Assembly: GCF_006345805.1 (NCBI RefSeq)
Contig: NC_043009.1
Coordinates: forward strand, 4,154,001-4,218,000
Length of the DNA stretch: 64,000 bases
Reading direction: 5' to 3'
Source: Octopus sinensis
Taxonomy: Eukaryota
Positions 39,641 through 53,755 of the stretch are shown here, piece after piece. The notes under the pieces were generated by a model. The model did not search any database. It saw only the letters and a list, made by a program, of their open reading frames with translations, and was not told the origin of the DNA. The stretch's first letter is position 1; every line of letters begins with the position of its first letter. The translations under genes and the position numbers were made by a program.

Positions 39641-40516
39641 TGTTCACCAGTACATCAGGCTGTTCCTGAAATCTGAAAAAAAGAGAAAAGGAACATAAAA
39701 AAATCATCAAATTTAGCCCGAATCTCCTATATATCATCCTTGCCTGAAGTCTGATGCAACTTGTTAACAGTTACAGGTTTGCACGATCACAGCCTTCCTG
39801 AAACGAAAACAAATAACGATAACAACAAACGCCTATTACAAAAAAAAATCAAGAAAAAAAACTATGGTTACCCCTTCTTTATCTAATTCTTGTTTAACAA
39901 AGGTTACCGTTGGCAATTGTAAAATGCTTATTTTATAGATACAACGAATAAACTATTAATCTAACTTAGATAACCTGTCGGCAATGTGTTTAGTTGAACC
40001 TTTCATCTTTATTTTATTACTATTAGTTTATTGTTTAGTAATAGTTACGTAATACATGCTCGAAACAAAACAATTCAACCCAAGTAGAAATAATGGTTTT
40101 CAATGTTTTTTTAAAAGCCTTACACGATTTTGCTGGCGGTTTTCAAGGCATGAAAATGGATTTATCCCTAATAGCAGTTACAGGGATTGAATTGAATACA
40201 AAAACGTAAAAAGAAAATAGAATTGAACGAAACATTGCAAGATGTGTTGTCTATTGCACTACAGTTCCTGTAATATTATAAATAATAATAATAATAATAA
40301 TAATAATGATTTCAAATATCTGCTCAAGGACAGCAAATTTATGGATGGGTGTAGGTCGATTACATCGGCCCCAGTGTTCAACAAGTACTTATATTATCGA
40401 TTCTGGTAGGATGAAAGGCAAAGTCAGCCTCAACGGAATTTGAGCTCAGGACGTAAAGGCGGATGATGCCGCTAAGGATTATGCCCGGCGCGCTAACGAT
40501 TCTGCCAGCTCGACGC

Positions 40517-40555
<39 letters not shown>

Positions 40556-40564
40556 GCTGACTGT

Positions 40565-40912
40565 TATAGGCACAAGGTCTGAAATTTTTGCGAGGGTGAT
40601 AGTCGATTACATCGACCCCAGTATTCAACTGGTACTTCATTTATCGACCTCGAAAGAATAAGTCAATCACGGCAGAATTTGATCTCAGAACGTAGCGATC
40701 GGCAAAATGCATATTTCTTTACTACCCACAGGGGGCTAAACACAGAGGGGACAAACAAGGACCGACAAATGGATTAAGTCGATTATATCGACCTCGAAAG
40801 GATGAACGGCAAAGTCGTCCTCAGCGGAATTCGAACTCAGAACGTAACGGCAGACGAAATACGGCTACGCATTTCGCCCGGCGTGCTAACGATTCTGCCG
40901 GCTCGCCGCCTT
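40565..40912 (-). mobile_element. SINE family A, dimeric form
   Basis: Head-body-tail1, then a second body and tail2. Confidence 0.8.
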
Positions 40913-41121
40913 AATAGAGGAGAAACTCCAACTAGGGCCAATCAAGGAAACCCACAGATCCAGGTTTATACTGACCAACAAAGTTACGAGACAGTAGCAA
41001 TGTAAGGGGGTTTGTTTACACGGAATAAAATTGAGATGGAATGGACAAAAGCAATAGACGATAAAATGTCGAGAAAAGGTCTTCGCTGGGTTGGTGGGAA
41101 AAGTCAGTGTCATTTGAGGAT

Positions 41122-41345
41122 ATACTCTTTTACTCTTTTACTTGTTTCAGTCATTTGACTGCGGCCATGCTGGAGCACCGCCTTTAATCGAGCAACTCGA
41201 CCCCGGGACTTATTCTTTTGTAAGCCCAGTACTTACTCTATCGGTCTCTTTTGCCGAACCGCTAAGTAACGGGGACATAAACACACTAGCATCGTTTGTC
41301 AAGCAACGCCAGGGGGACAAACACAGACACATAAACACACACACG
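41122..41345 (-). mobile_element. SINE family B, 3' half
   Basis: tactcttttacttgtttcagtcatttgactgcggccatgctggagcaccgcc tail. Confidence 0.88.
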
Positions 41346-41609
41346 AATATGTCCCTGTGTTCGTATGCATTCGATCCTTCTTCCAGGAAATCTACGCTCC
41401 TAGCTTAGTTTTTCTAATGCTCGTTGCTTAGTTTTTCCTGGAGGGCTGGCCAGATCTAGTAATCTCAAGATTAATCAGCCGAAATTACTACGATGATCCG
41501 GTTCTTGACTGAAGACTGAGGGCTTCGAATGTCCTGTCTGTGTTTGTTGTATCGTCTTCTAAGTGTTATGCGTTCTTGTCACAGTTTGTATTTTTTCTAC
41601 ATATCATAA

Positions 41610-43558
41610 TATATATATATATATATACAACAAACTTCTTTCAGTTTCCGCCTACCAAATCCACTCACAAGGCTTTGGTCGGCCCGAGGCTATAGTAGAA
41701 GACACATGCCCAAGGTGCCACGCAGTGAGACTGAACTCGGAACCATGTGGTTGGTAAACAAGCTACTGACTACACAGCCACTCCTGTAATAATATAATAA
41801 TAATAATAACCTATCTGCTTTCAGTGTATTAACACTTTCAGTTGTTAATGTTCTACAGCATGAATATGAAAAGTACTTAGCTGATTGGGAATATTTCAGA
41901 CAGGATTAATGTAAAAGCGTGAGGCACAATAGGAAATATATACAAAGGATATGGACTTTCATTGTTATTAAGGATACACTAATTTTAAATGCAATTTTAA
42001 TTCTAACGGATTAAACTATGTTTCTCATCCTTTAATACTGTACCCATGCACTTAGGTATAGTATACAAAACACGCACACACACACATATTCAAACTGTGA
42101 ATTTGTCTATCTATATGTGTGCTTATTATATATATAGAGAGATAGATAGATAGATAGATAGATAGATATTGTATATATATATTACTCTTTAAAACTTTCA
42201 CTTGTATCAGTCATTTAACTGCGGCCATGCTGCAGCACCGCATTTTAGTCGAATAAATCTACCCCAGGACTTATTCATTTTAAGCCTAGTACTTATTTTA
42301 TCGCCCTCCTTTGCCGAACCGCTATGTTACGGAGACCTAAACACACCACCATCGGTCGTCAAGCGATGGTGAGCAGACTAGCACAGACACGCAAGTACAT
42401 AGACCGCCCCCCCCCCCACACACCCACATACATATGCATTTATAAAAAAGGCTTCTTCCAGTTTCCGTCTAACTAATCCACTCACAATACCTTGGTCGGC
42501 CTGAGTCTATAGCAGAAGTTACTTGTCCAAGGTGCCACGCATGTTGTTGGGAAGCAAGCTTCTTACCACACAGCACTTCTGCGCATATATATATATATAT
42601 ATATACAACAAACTTCTTTCAGTTTCCGCCTACCAAATCCACTCACAAGGCTTTGGTCGGCCCGAGGCTATAGTAGAAGACACATGCCCAAGGTGCCACG
42701 CAGTGAGACTGAACTCGGAACCATGTGGTTGGTAAACAAGCTACTGACTACACAGCCACTCCTGTAATAATATAATAATAATAATAACCTATCTGCTTTC
42801 AGTGTATTAACACTTTCAGTTGTTAATGTTCTACAGCATGAATATGAAAAGTACTTAGCTGATTGGGAATATTTCAGACAGGATTAATGTAAAAGCGTGA
42901 GGCACAATAGGAAATATATACAAAGGATATGGACTTTCATTGTTATTAAGGATACACTAATTTTAAATGCAATTTTAATTCTAACGGATTAAACTATGTT
43001 TCTCATCCTTTAATACTGTACCCATGCACTTAGGTATAGTATACAAAACACGCACACACACACATATTCAAACTGTGAATTTGTCTATCTATATGTGTGC
43101 TTATTATATATATAGAGAGATAGATAGATAGATAGATAGATATTGTATATATATATTACTCTTTAAAACTTTCACTTGTATCAGTCATTTAACTGCGGCC
43201 ATGCTGCAGCACCGCATTTTAGTCGAATAAATCTACCCCAGGACTTATTCATTTTAAGCCTAGTACTTATTTTATCGCCCTCCTTTGCCGAACCGCTATG
43301 TTACGGAGACCTAAACACACCACCATCGGTCGTCAAGCGATGGTGAGCAGACTAGCACAGACACGCAAGTACATAGACCGCCCCCCCACACACACACATA
43401 CATATGCATTTATAAAAAAGGCTTCTTCCAGTTTCCGTCTAACTAATCCACTCACAATACCTTGGTCGGCCTGAGTCTATAGCAGAAGTTACTTGTCCAA
43501 GGTGCCACGCATGTTGTTGGGAAGCAAGCTTCTTACCACACAGCACTTCTGCGCATAT

Positions 43559-43560
<2 letters not shown>
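41610..43560. repeat. Two-copy tandem duplication of ~970-978 bp
   Basis: caacaaacttc at 41628 and 42606; cagcacttct at 42571 and 43541; breakpoints in (TA)n. Confidence 0.95.
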
Positions 43561-43594
<34 letters not shown>

Positions 43595-43651
43595 CTCGGA
43601 TATACATTCACACACACACACGTATGATTATGTATGTATATACGAGTGTGC

Positions 43652-43759
<108 letters not shown>

Positions 43760-43859
43760 GTGTGCGCATCAGTCTATCACGTTTACTGATGCCATTCGTT
43801 TAATTCCTCCGCTGAAATAGAAAATAGTGTTAATGCTGCTGTTGCTACTACTACTGTTG

Positions 43860-43910
<51 letters not shown>

Positions 43911-45261
43911 TCACCACCACGGCTGCTTCTGCTAAGTTTAATGACCGAAAGGAGGTATTTGCATGGAATAGTGTAATAGTACTTTTGGTTTGGAGGAGGT
44001 ATGTCTTCAAGTGATGCAGTTTATGTTGTTTGCGTATATATTTCTGCCGGTGTATATGTGTATGTGTGCGTCTGTATGTAAAGTTTTGAGTAGATGTCTG
44101 TGTGTCTATATGGAGTTGTATATCAATGAGTCGGCATGTGAATGCGCACCTCTCTGTTTGCATGCGTGCCCAATACGTGTTTGAGGCTATCATGCAATGA
44201 AAGGTATTTATCCGTTTACACTTGCTTGAATAACTGTGTGCTGAGGGGACAGAAATAGTCATTGATATTTTGAAATGCTCAGAATCACGGTTCAATCCCC
44301 AGCAAACGGGAAAAAATAAATGAAAAATCCCTCAGGGAGTTTGGAGGACACACTGCTCCAATTTCTTCGGACAGTGAGCAACGATGACCAAATGTATAGA
44401 GCATGTATTATTTTAATTGCTATGACTGCTGGTCAGTCACTGTCCAAAGGAACGTTTTATATAAAATGGCGAAAGTGTTAGGAGAGGAGGACAAACACAG
44501 AGTGGAAAAGGGCTGAGACGGAAACGGAGAGACTGAAGTAGCGTGGTGGTGGTGGTGGTGGTGGTGGTGGTGGTGGGAGGAGAGGAAGCTGTAAAATAGT
44601 AAAGATGGCTGAAGAATTAATGGGAATAAAAGGCAACAACGAAGTAATATATATGTATGGGTGGCCTGCTTGTCGTTGTATGCGTTTGAGTGTTACGCTT
44701 TTAACAAATTTATCTGTCGAACAAACTCGAAGACAATCGAAATCTATGAAATAATGAAATATTCGAAGACATGATGGAGCTACATCATGAAGATCTATTA
44801 ATGTTTTACTGGAAAATAAATAAATATCATTTGTATAGCATAGTATTTCCATAGTTGGCCTAGTTCGAATGAATAAAATAATGTATAAGGCACCTTGAAA
44901 TAGTGTATAAGTCGAACCAACATTGGAGTCTCTTTGTGCTCCCTCGTACTACAAGAAAATCATATTCTGACACTTTGAAAAGGATGGAAGACATTACACA
45001 ATGTTGTCTAAGATTCCATGTTTTATTAAAATGTTGGATGGTCACGGCTGGAATGCATTTGATCATAGAGTTATAGGTCTATTTGTTCATCAGGAGCACC
45101 AGACCAGCTTGAGAAACAAACGACAGGCAAAATATATAGATTTAGAACCGTGTTTCGCAACCTTTTTTTCATCTATGAACTCCCTTGATTTTTATTTTAG
45201 TCCGATGGACCCTCCTAGCCTTTCGAGGCTTAAAAAACCCCTACTTTTATAATTAAATATT

Positions 45262-45658
45262 CTTTTCTACTCTAGGCACAGGGCCCGAAATTTTGGGGGA
45301 GGGGGCTAGTCGATTATATCGACCCCAGTATGCAACTGGTACTTAATATATCGACCCCGAAAGGATGAAAGGCAGAGGCAACCTCAGCAGAATTTGACCT
45401 CAGAACGTAAACACAGACGAAATACCTATTTCTTTACTACCCACAAGGGGCTAAAGACAGAGGGGACTAACAAGGACCGACAAACGGATTAAGTCGACTA
45501 CATCGACTCTAGGACGTAACTGGTGCTTAATTTATCGACCCCGAAAAGATGAAAGGCAAAGTCGACTTTGGCGGAATTTGAACTCAGAGCGTAACGGCAG
45601 ATGAAATACCGTTACGCATTTCGCCCGGCGTGCTAACGTTTCTGCCAGCTCGTCGCCA
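45262..45658 (-). mobile_element. SINE family A, dimeric form
   Basis: Same internal junction (gtagtaaagaaatagg|tatttcgtc) as 40565-40912. Confidence 0.88.
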
Positions 45659-46292
45659 TTTTTATCATTAAATATTATTAGGAGGTGCATAAAATATTGT
45701 TGAAATGTAACTAATTTATTGTAGCATAATTACTGATTTATTTTAGATAAATTTTAACAACAAAATCTTATAAGGACCCCACAAGGTTCAGAATTACTGA
45801 TTTTGAATATATTTGTTCATAGTTTTCTTCTCAATACCTGTGTTAACAGTATAGGTAGAGGGTGGTTATTGTGAAGGTGTAGTATAGGTAGACGACAGTC
45901 CCTGAGATGAAGCTATAGCTCATAGCTTCCGCCCTAAGGAAGGTGAATTGATGTTGTTTCTAGGGATTCTGCTAGTAGTCGTCGTAGCAGAGATGCTCTT
46001 CGTATTTGTAGAAATAATAGTAACAACGGAGAAGTTGTGGAAAGATTCTATTTATGTATTTTTGTGTGAATTTATTTTCTTATTATTTCAGTGTCCAATA
46101 ATATAAGTGGATGGACATTATACTTAACTAACTCTTTATGTGGTCAATACACTTAACTGTCCAGTACGGCCGAATTGGGTCCAGCCTATATTAGTTCACG
46201 CCACACCAGGCAGAGAACTTTTGTATACTCCACTTCCTTATTGCTTATCTCCACTGGCCCCTCCTCTCCCTTTCTCTCTCTGTCTGCGTATG

Positions 46293-46323
<31 letters not shown>

Positions 46324-46759
46324 TATATATATATGTATATGTCTATGTGTATATGTGTGTGTAGAAATCAATCTATTTGTGTTTCGATTTAATTGTTCAC
46401 CTTCCTGTCTTTCTCATGTTATGTATGTACGCTTGTGTGTGTGTGTATATATATACATACATATATATATACACATACATATTTGATAGATGTTAGAAGT
46501 TTGGATGCAGGGACACTATCTTGAAAACAATGAAACATATACATATATTAAATACACACACACACAAACATACGCGTATATCCGACACGCATCTTTCCCA
46601 AACGCTAGAAGACAACAAAATACTCGAGAACTCGAAGCCTCCCAATAGCACTCAGGGGCAAATGAAATGGTTGTGTAAGAAGACGGAAAAATTTCTAGTT
46701 GTGAAGGGAATTAAAATGTGGGGAATTCGGAAACTAAGAGATTAACAGCAAATGAATGC

Positions 46760-46798
<39 letters not shown>

Positions 46799-47095
46799 TA
46801 CTGTCAAGGATTATATACCAAAATCTGTCGCTACCTCTACTACTGTTACTGCACAATTGCCTCCAATAACGGCACATATGAAACATCACCATAAGAGGGA
46901 AAAAATAATCACATTTTGCATATTCTACTAAAATACCTCTAGAGATAACAAGTCCCACGATGATAAAAAATTAATGGAATATATTAATATGAATCTACAT
47001 CCCCAAAAGAGAATGATGTACGTACTTCAGGGAAACGGAAGTACACCCCGCAGTGAAGTAGATAGACGCAGGCAATAATAACGATAATAATAATA

Positions 47096-47134
<39 letters not shown>

Positions 47135-47142
47135 TAATAATC

Positions 47143-47353
47143 TTTTCTGTCATAGGCACAAGGCTTGAAATTTGGCGGGAGGGGACTAGTTGATTACACC
47201 AACCCAAGTGTTTCACTGGTACTTAATGTATCGATCCTGAAAGGATGAAAGGCAATGTCGACCTCAGTGGAATTTGAACTCAGAATGTAAGAACGGACGA
47301 AATGCCACTCAGCACTTTGTCCGGCGTGCTAACGATTCTGCCAGCTCGCCGCA
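47143..47353 (-). mobile_element. SINE family A
   Basis: Reverse-complement head cgattctgccagctcgccgc, between (AAT)n tracts. Confidence 0.85.
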
Positions 47354-48047
47354 TTAATTAATTAATTAATTAATAATAATAATAATAATAATAATGATGA
47401 TGATAATAAGCACACTGCCTCAAATATGAGGGAAGGCATTAAGTCGATTACATCGACCTCAGTGCGTAACTGGTACTCATTTTAATGACCTTGAAAGAAT
47501 GAAAAGCGAAATCGACCTCGGCGGAAAATAGAAGCAGCAGCAGCAGTAGTAGTAGTTGTAGTTCTTTCTATTTATGGCACAAGGCCTGAAAATGCTGCTA
47601 AGCATTTCGCCCGTCGTGCTAAATATTCTGCCAGCTCGTCGCCTTAGTAGTAATAATATGGCGATTTCAAATTTTGCGACAAGGGCAGCAATTTGAGTGG
47701 AGGAAACGAGTCGATTACATCATTACTTCTTCTTTGTTACCGTCGATAAAAATTAATGCTGCTGTTAAAAAATATTGTAAATACTTGATAAGTGTGATGA
47801 CGGTGTGGTACGCTTCTTCTTCGAGGAGAACAACATAGCTTTTGTTAGAATCATAATTTTGAAACAAAAATGAAAAAAAAACGATTTCTCGGCACACAGG
47901 CTTAATATTCTGTGTTCTTTACTGTAAGTGTGTTAACCATATTCTTCTGAACGGATATACATACATACTTTGCCTGAAATCAGAACGCCATGTTGGATCG
48001 TTAGCTCCTACACGCATTTTTTTCTCTCCTTGTTTCTTTTCGGTGTA

Positions 48048-48085
48048 TCTTTCTGTCGAAGAGCGTAGGCTCGAAACGTAAAAGA
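48048..48085 (+). ncRNA. Hammerhead-like motif (variant core) in a repeat ending in (TA)n at ~48183
   Basis: UCUUU-CUGUCGA-A-GAGC guag GCUC-GAAA-CG-UA^AAAGA: 5-bp stem I, 4-bp stem II, palindromic ACGU stem III; A6 replaced by U and one extra A. Confidence 0.5.
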
Positions 48086-48439
48086 CTTGTTTTATTTCTA
48101 TTCCTGAGCGCCATACTAATACAAATGTTTGTTTTTACTCCACCTGCCTTCGTCTTTTGTTTATTTTCGTAAACCTTCCCGTTATATATATACATATATA
48201 TGTATGTATATATATATATAGAGAGAGAGAGCAATAAAAAAATGGAGGGGATCAATAGGTGGTTCATTGACTTTTAGACATTATATTATGTCAACTTATT
48301 TATTTATTTACTAAAATGACAAATGCAAGAATATACATACGCGTATAACAAATTATGCTTCACATATAAAATATATCGATACATAAAGATACCAGTAATT
48401 ATTAAAATATAACGTATAGGAATAAAAATTGGGAAAATA

Positions 48440-48479
<40 letters not shown>

Positions 48480-48695
48480 GTGTGTGTGTGTGTGAGTGTA
48501 TGTATGTATGTATGTAATCTCTTTATTTTCTGAACGATTGCAAGTGACGAGAAATTCAAAGAAACGACGGGATGAGTCATCAGCTGTTTCTAAATAAATA
48601 TATTGTACTATTCGTATTGATCATTCTTTAATTCGTTCGTAACGCCAAATGTTTGTGCGTGCGTGCATACATACATACATACATACATACATACA

Positions 48696-48731
<36 letters not shown>

Positions 48732-49172
48732 TTGTGTGTGTGTGTTTGTGTACCTGTCTTCTATGTCTATATATAAGAGCATGTCTGTTTGATTGATGTG
48801 TTCTTGTATGAGCATGCGTTCAAATTTTACGTGTGTACGTATGTCACACTTTGTGTATATTTGTGTGTGTGTGAGTGTGTGTGTGAGGCCAGAGGCCAAT
48901 AAGAATTACGACAGCCATCTTGTTCTGATTTCAACGCACAAGATACAAAGCTCTGCCAAATGACTGATGCCGTGCCAAGAATTAGTATAAATGAGATTTT
49001 AAACCGATAAGGACATTGACAAGACAAATATTCCTTTTAGTCGTTTTTAATAATGTTGTTATTGTCGTTGTCTTCGTCGGCCTTGTTTATTGATTTATTT
49101 ATTTTCTGTTTTCAATAGGATATAGTAAAGTGTAGTATAGAGCACACACACGTAAATACATATATATACATA

Positions 49173-49218
<46 letters not shown>

Positions 49219-49914
49219 TATAGCAATACATTGCTTAACAATATTTCGATTAAACGAACCCACGTTTTAGTGTTATTTTATTAAGGTTATAAAAATAAAC
49301 TATTTAATTGTGCAGGCATCGGTGTGTGTGGCTAAGAATTTAGCTTTACAACCACGAGGTTTCAGGTTCATCACCTCGGACAAGTGTCTTCTATTCATTT
49401 ACTATAATCCTCGGCCAACCTATGCATTGCGAGAGAATTTGGTGGACGGTGATTGTGTCGAAAAATGCCTGTGTGTGTGAGAGAGAGAGAGAGAGAGATA
49501 AAAGGTACTGTGTGTGAAGGTACTGCGTGTATCTATTCTGTTCTCCCGTCCTCGATTGACAAAGCAGTGTCGTTTGAAAAAAAATATATACCAGTGTCGA
49601 CTAAAATCCGTCAAAAGTACTGCCCCAGTATAGCTTAACTCTGATGTCTGTACCTTTCTATATTAACCTTTAGTACACTACAGGTGCATCATGTCACTGT
49701 ATGAGTTTTCTCCCCTGTAGTTACAGTACATTGGGAGAGGAAATAATGCAGTGTGCTAAACTTTAAAGAAAGCAGGCATTATTTAAAGATTTGGTAGCTG
49801 TCTCTAACAGGACGGACAATTATCTAGAACAATACTGACAACACTTTTTAGTCGAGTGTACCAGGAGTTTAATTTATTTGTTCCATCTTCTTATATCTTT
49901 ATCATATTTATTTT

Positions 49915-50229
49915 ATATTTAGGCAAATGCTTAAAAATTAAACCTATTATAAACGTGATAAACCAGAGTTGTTTTATTTTTAAATCAGTCCATCGTACGT
50001 CCACCTGATACACGTGACATTGGGTTGCGAAATGTGTGTCACTGAACAAGAAGTTACCTTCAGAGCCAATATATTTAGGCAAATGCTTAAAAATTAAACC
50101 TATTATAAACGTGATAAACCAGAGTTGTTTTATTTTTAAATCAGTCCATCGTACGTCCACCTGATACACGTGACATTGGGTTGCGAAATGTTATCACTGA
50201 ACAAGAAGTTACCTTCAGAGCCAATATTT
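49915..50229. repeat. Two-copy 156-bp tandem duplication of non-simple sequence
   Basis: atatttaggcaaatgc at 49915 and 50071. Confidence 0.95.
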
Positions 50230-51596
50230 TGCTGTTGCGTTAAGTTTGTAGTAAGATAGTTGTGTATGAATTTAACATGATGTGGTTGCTATTTCAAGCT
50301 GTTAGAAGGACGATATAGTAGTTCCTTTGTTGCGCATATATATATAATGTGTGTGTGTGTGTGGTTTCTTACTGTTATTGTTATTTTGTCTGTCAATGCT
50401 AGATGTATTGTCCTTTTATTTAATTAACTTCCATCACAGAGACGTACTAATTAACTTAAATACAAAATTACGAGACAGACGCAAAGAAAAGAAAATGTGC
50501 CCAAGACATTGAAACACGTTTAAGTTTGTGTTGGTGTGTTTTGAGAGAGAGTGGGCCGGAGGTTGCATGTGTGAGATGGTGGTGGGTGTTTACGTCAGTG
50601 TGTGGGTGTGTTTGTCGGTTTTCGGTATTTTTTATTAATTAGTAATTATGTCCAGGCATTCACTCGTAATTTACTTTCATTTAAAGAATTAACCAGACAG
50701 ACAGGTAAATACACCTTGTACGATTACTTACCTGAGTAAATGAAAACGGTTAATTAGTGGTGAGTTTTCAATTGAAGATATACAGTAATTGTATATACTT
50801 ATGTATGTGTGTGTATTCTTACACACAGGCTCACGTTCTCGTACACTTATCTAAAATCCAACGTTGCCATAATACTAAACTTGATAGATCAGTTTCTGAT
50901 TTTCAGAAACTGTTCCATGTCTTCGTCTAAATGGAAGGCTTTTTTTAGAGATGTTCACGCGTTTCTCAAAAGACTAGGCTCATAGCCTCAAATTCTGCGG
51001 CTCAAATCATAAAAAGAGCCTTGATTTTGTTTGGAGGATCACCAAGAAACAGTAAAATATCAAGCAATTTTTTTTTTATATGTTTCAGTCATTTGACTGC
51101 GGTCGTGCTGGAGCACCGCCTTTAGTCGAACAAATCGACCCCAGGACTTATTCATTATAGTAGAAGGCACCTGCCCAAGGCGCCACGCTGTGGGATTGAA
51201 CCCAGGACCATGTGGACGTAGTGACAGTTTTATTTGCGTATCTCTATGCAGATATATATATATGTATCTATGTGCATATGTGCATATGCATGTGTATATA
51301 TGCATGTGTGTGTATGTGTGTGTGTGTGTGTGTGTGTGTTACAACTGTTGCAGACTGTTACGAAATCTGTGTGTGTTGAAACATATTCGGTTGACATGGT
51401 TTTCTCTGTCAGCTTTCAAGAATATAGTTCCAAATTTGAGGTCTGTACTTGTAAAAGGTAACCAATATTTTACCTATGTGTGTGAGTAAACTCTGTGTGC
51501 GGATCTGTGTGTACTAATATAAATGCAGAATTACACACACACACACTCACACATCATAAACATGTACCATCCTCAAATATATGTGCATATATGTGC

Positions 51597-51666
<70 letters not shown>

Positions 51667-51705
51667 TATATATACTGAATACGTGTTTGCGTTGTTATAT
51701 ACACG

Positions 51706-51777
<72 letters not shown>

Positions 51778-52636
51778 GTATATGCAAGCATAGGTTTGTA
51801 CATATGTATAAAAATACGTATGTATATATATATATATTATATATATATATATATATAAGATATTTATTTTGAAGGTATATATGTTTATATCATTGTAGAT
51901 GTGTAATACAATCGGCTCCTCTTCTTTTCTGCCCCACCCCTCCCTCGCTCTCTCAATGCCAGCCCTGTTTATCCTTTGTGTCTTTTGTAGAAAACGTGGA
52001 CAGTTTACACAGGAATGCGTACATTTTAGACGACAAAAGCCACGTAGAAACAAAGAGAGTAAAGAGAGAAAGGAGGAAAACGAAAGACAAAAACAACAAA
52101 TACATTTCGTTGTTTGTCACGTTCTAAGTAGATGTCTAACTATATATATATGGTTCTAAGAGTTTGTTTCCGGACGAAAAGACGACATTGATGGCTAGGA
52201 TTGTCAGTCCATTCTTTATACCTTTCTATTATTTCTTCCTTATTTTTATTATTTGCGAAGACACCCTCTTAACGATATATATATATATATACACACACAC
52301 GCACGTACCTTTGCATAGAGAGAGAGAGGAAACAGCTATTCTTTAGTCTGTGTTGTCTGAAACAGACGACTGTGTCCTAGTTAGATCGCTTGTTTAATAA
52401 AGAAAATTATTTTCTTTTATATGTATTAGTTCTTCATGTTTAATTTGGATTTATGCCGTAATTAACGTCTCGAGGCTCTCTCGGTTTCATTACCTGAATA
52501 AAATAATTATAGGATTCGTTTATTATTCGAGCACTTAAAGCCGGAAAGCATCGTGAGGGTTACACTTATTACTGTTTAAATATTCGTGTCTTGAATACAT
52601 ACATGAACAGAAATATATGCGCAATGTAATACAAAA

Positions 52637-53237
52637 CAAGGTGTTTTTTTTTATTAACTGACATACCGCATTCAAATTGCTCATTTTTATTTTAAAGTAC
52701 CACTATTTCTAATACAAAGTTGCTGCTCAACATATTCTCTATCGCAAGCGACCATCTTTGAAAAAAAAGAATCAGATGTGCTTGGTTGTGCCTATTGCTG
52801 CACACCTCGCACGAGTCATTAAATCGTTTTTCTCGTTAACTGGCTATTCGACCAAAAAGGTTTAAGTCAGGCAACACGCCGCCACTGACCAGCCCAATTT
52901 GCCGATTGTCTGATTTTGGGCCAGATATGTGTCCAGTCACGCATTGTCATGGTGAAAGTGGATTGTTTTCAGATATATGTTCCGCCTCTTCTTCTTAATG
53001 GCTGTCTAGGCTTTCTGATATTCTCAACGTGCCATTCGCTGTTCTAGGTATAGCCACGTTCCAAAAGATCGGGAATAACGTCTTTGTTGATCCCAAATCA
53101 GCCATCATGACATTTATTGCTGGCTCTTGAGATTTTCAGGCTTTCCTTAAAAGTTATGATGATATTCGAAGAACTGGGCCTTGGTTTCCGGAACTTAAAA
53201 TATGCTCACGTTTTGATTCCTTGTCACAAAACAAAAT

Positions 53238-53270
<33 letters not shown>

Positions 53271-53755
53271 TATGATAATAATAACAATAATAATGCGTCT
53301 TTATTGGGCTTTCATCTTTCGTTCCTTCAATCTGAGTGTCACTTTTTACAAACTTTCCGGTGTCCAAATCTTGCATTATCTTCTGCCATCCTTTGTGATC
53401 AAAAGGCAGATGAGCAGCAATCTCAACGAATTGTGACTCGCTGAAAATTCGTGTCAGTGTTCGTAGTTGGTGGCCCCGTCCTTTGTTGTCAAAATTCTCC
53501 ATCCATCAGTGCACATTGACCATGTCAGAAATGCCATCTCCGTGAACAACCTGTAGCCTTCTGCAGGTGTTGAACACCTTGCTTCCCTCCTTCGTCAAGA
53601 TCTCAATGACAGCACGTTGCTTCAGTCTGGAATCCATTATATGCGTGCAGTGAAAAGAAAATACAAGGAAGGACAGATTCTATAGAGGAAGTGATACTCT
53701 ACCAATACATGCAATTAGAACCGTCTATGTCAGTTAATAAAATGAAAGAGGAATT
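52637..53755 (-). mobile_element. mariner-family DNA transposon relic
   Basis: 17-bp inverted match ttttattaactgacata (52649-52665) / tatgtcagttaataaaa (53726-53742) flanking a transposase relic; outer limits approximate. Confidence 0.75.
52750..53637 (-). pseudogene. mariner transposase pseudogene
   Basis: ATG at 53637 gives MDSRLKQRAVIEILTKEG; later PETKAQS and FHHDNA (52941-52954); many stops and frameshifts; (AAT)n tract inside. Confidence 0.85.

Larger units (their letters stand above)
38435..39729 (-). mobile_element. IS630-Tc1-mariner DNA transposon, DD37D (maT) type, internally deleted
   Basis: Imperfect TIRs sharing ttcgggctaaat / atttagcccgaa; TA at 38433-38434 and 39730-39731; transposase relic inside. 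Confidence 0.85.
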
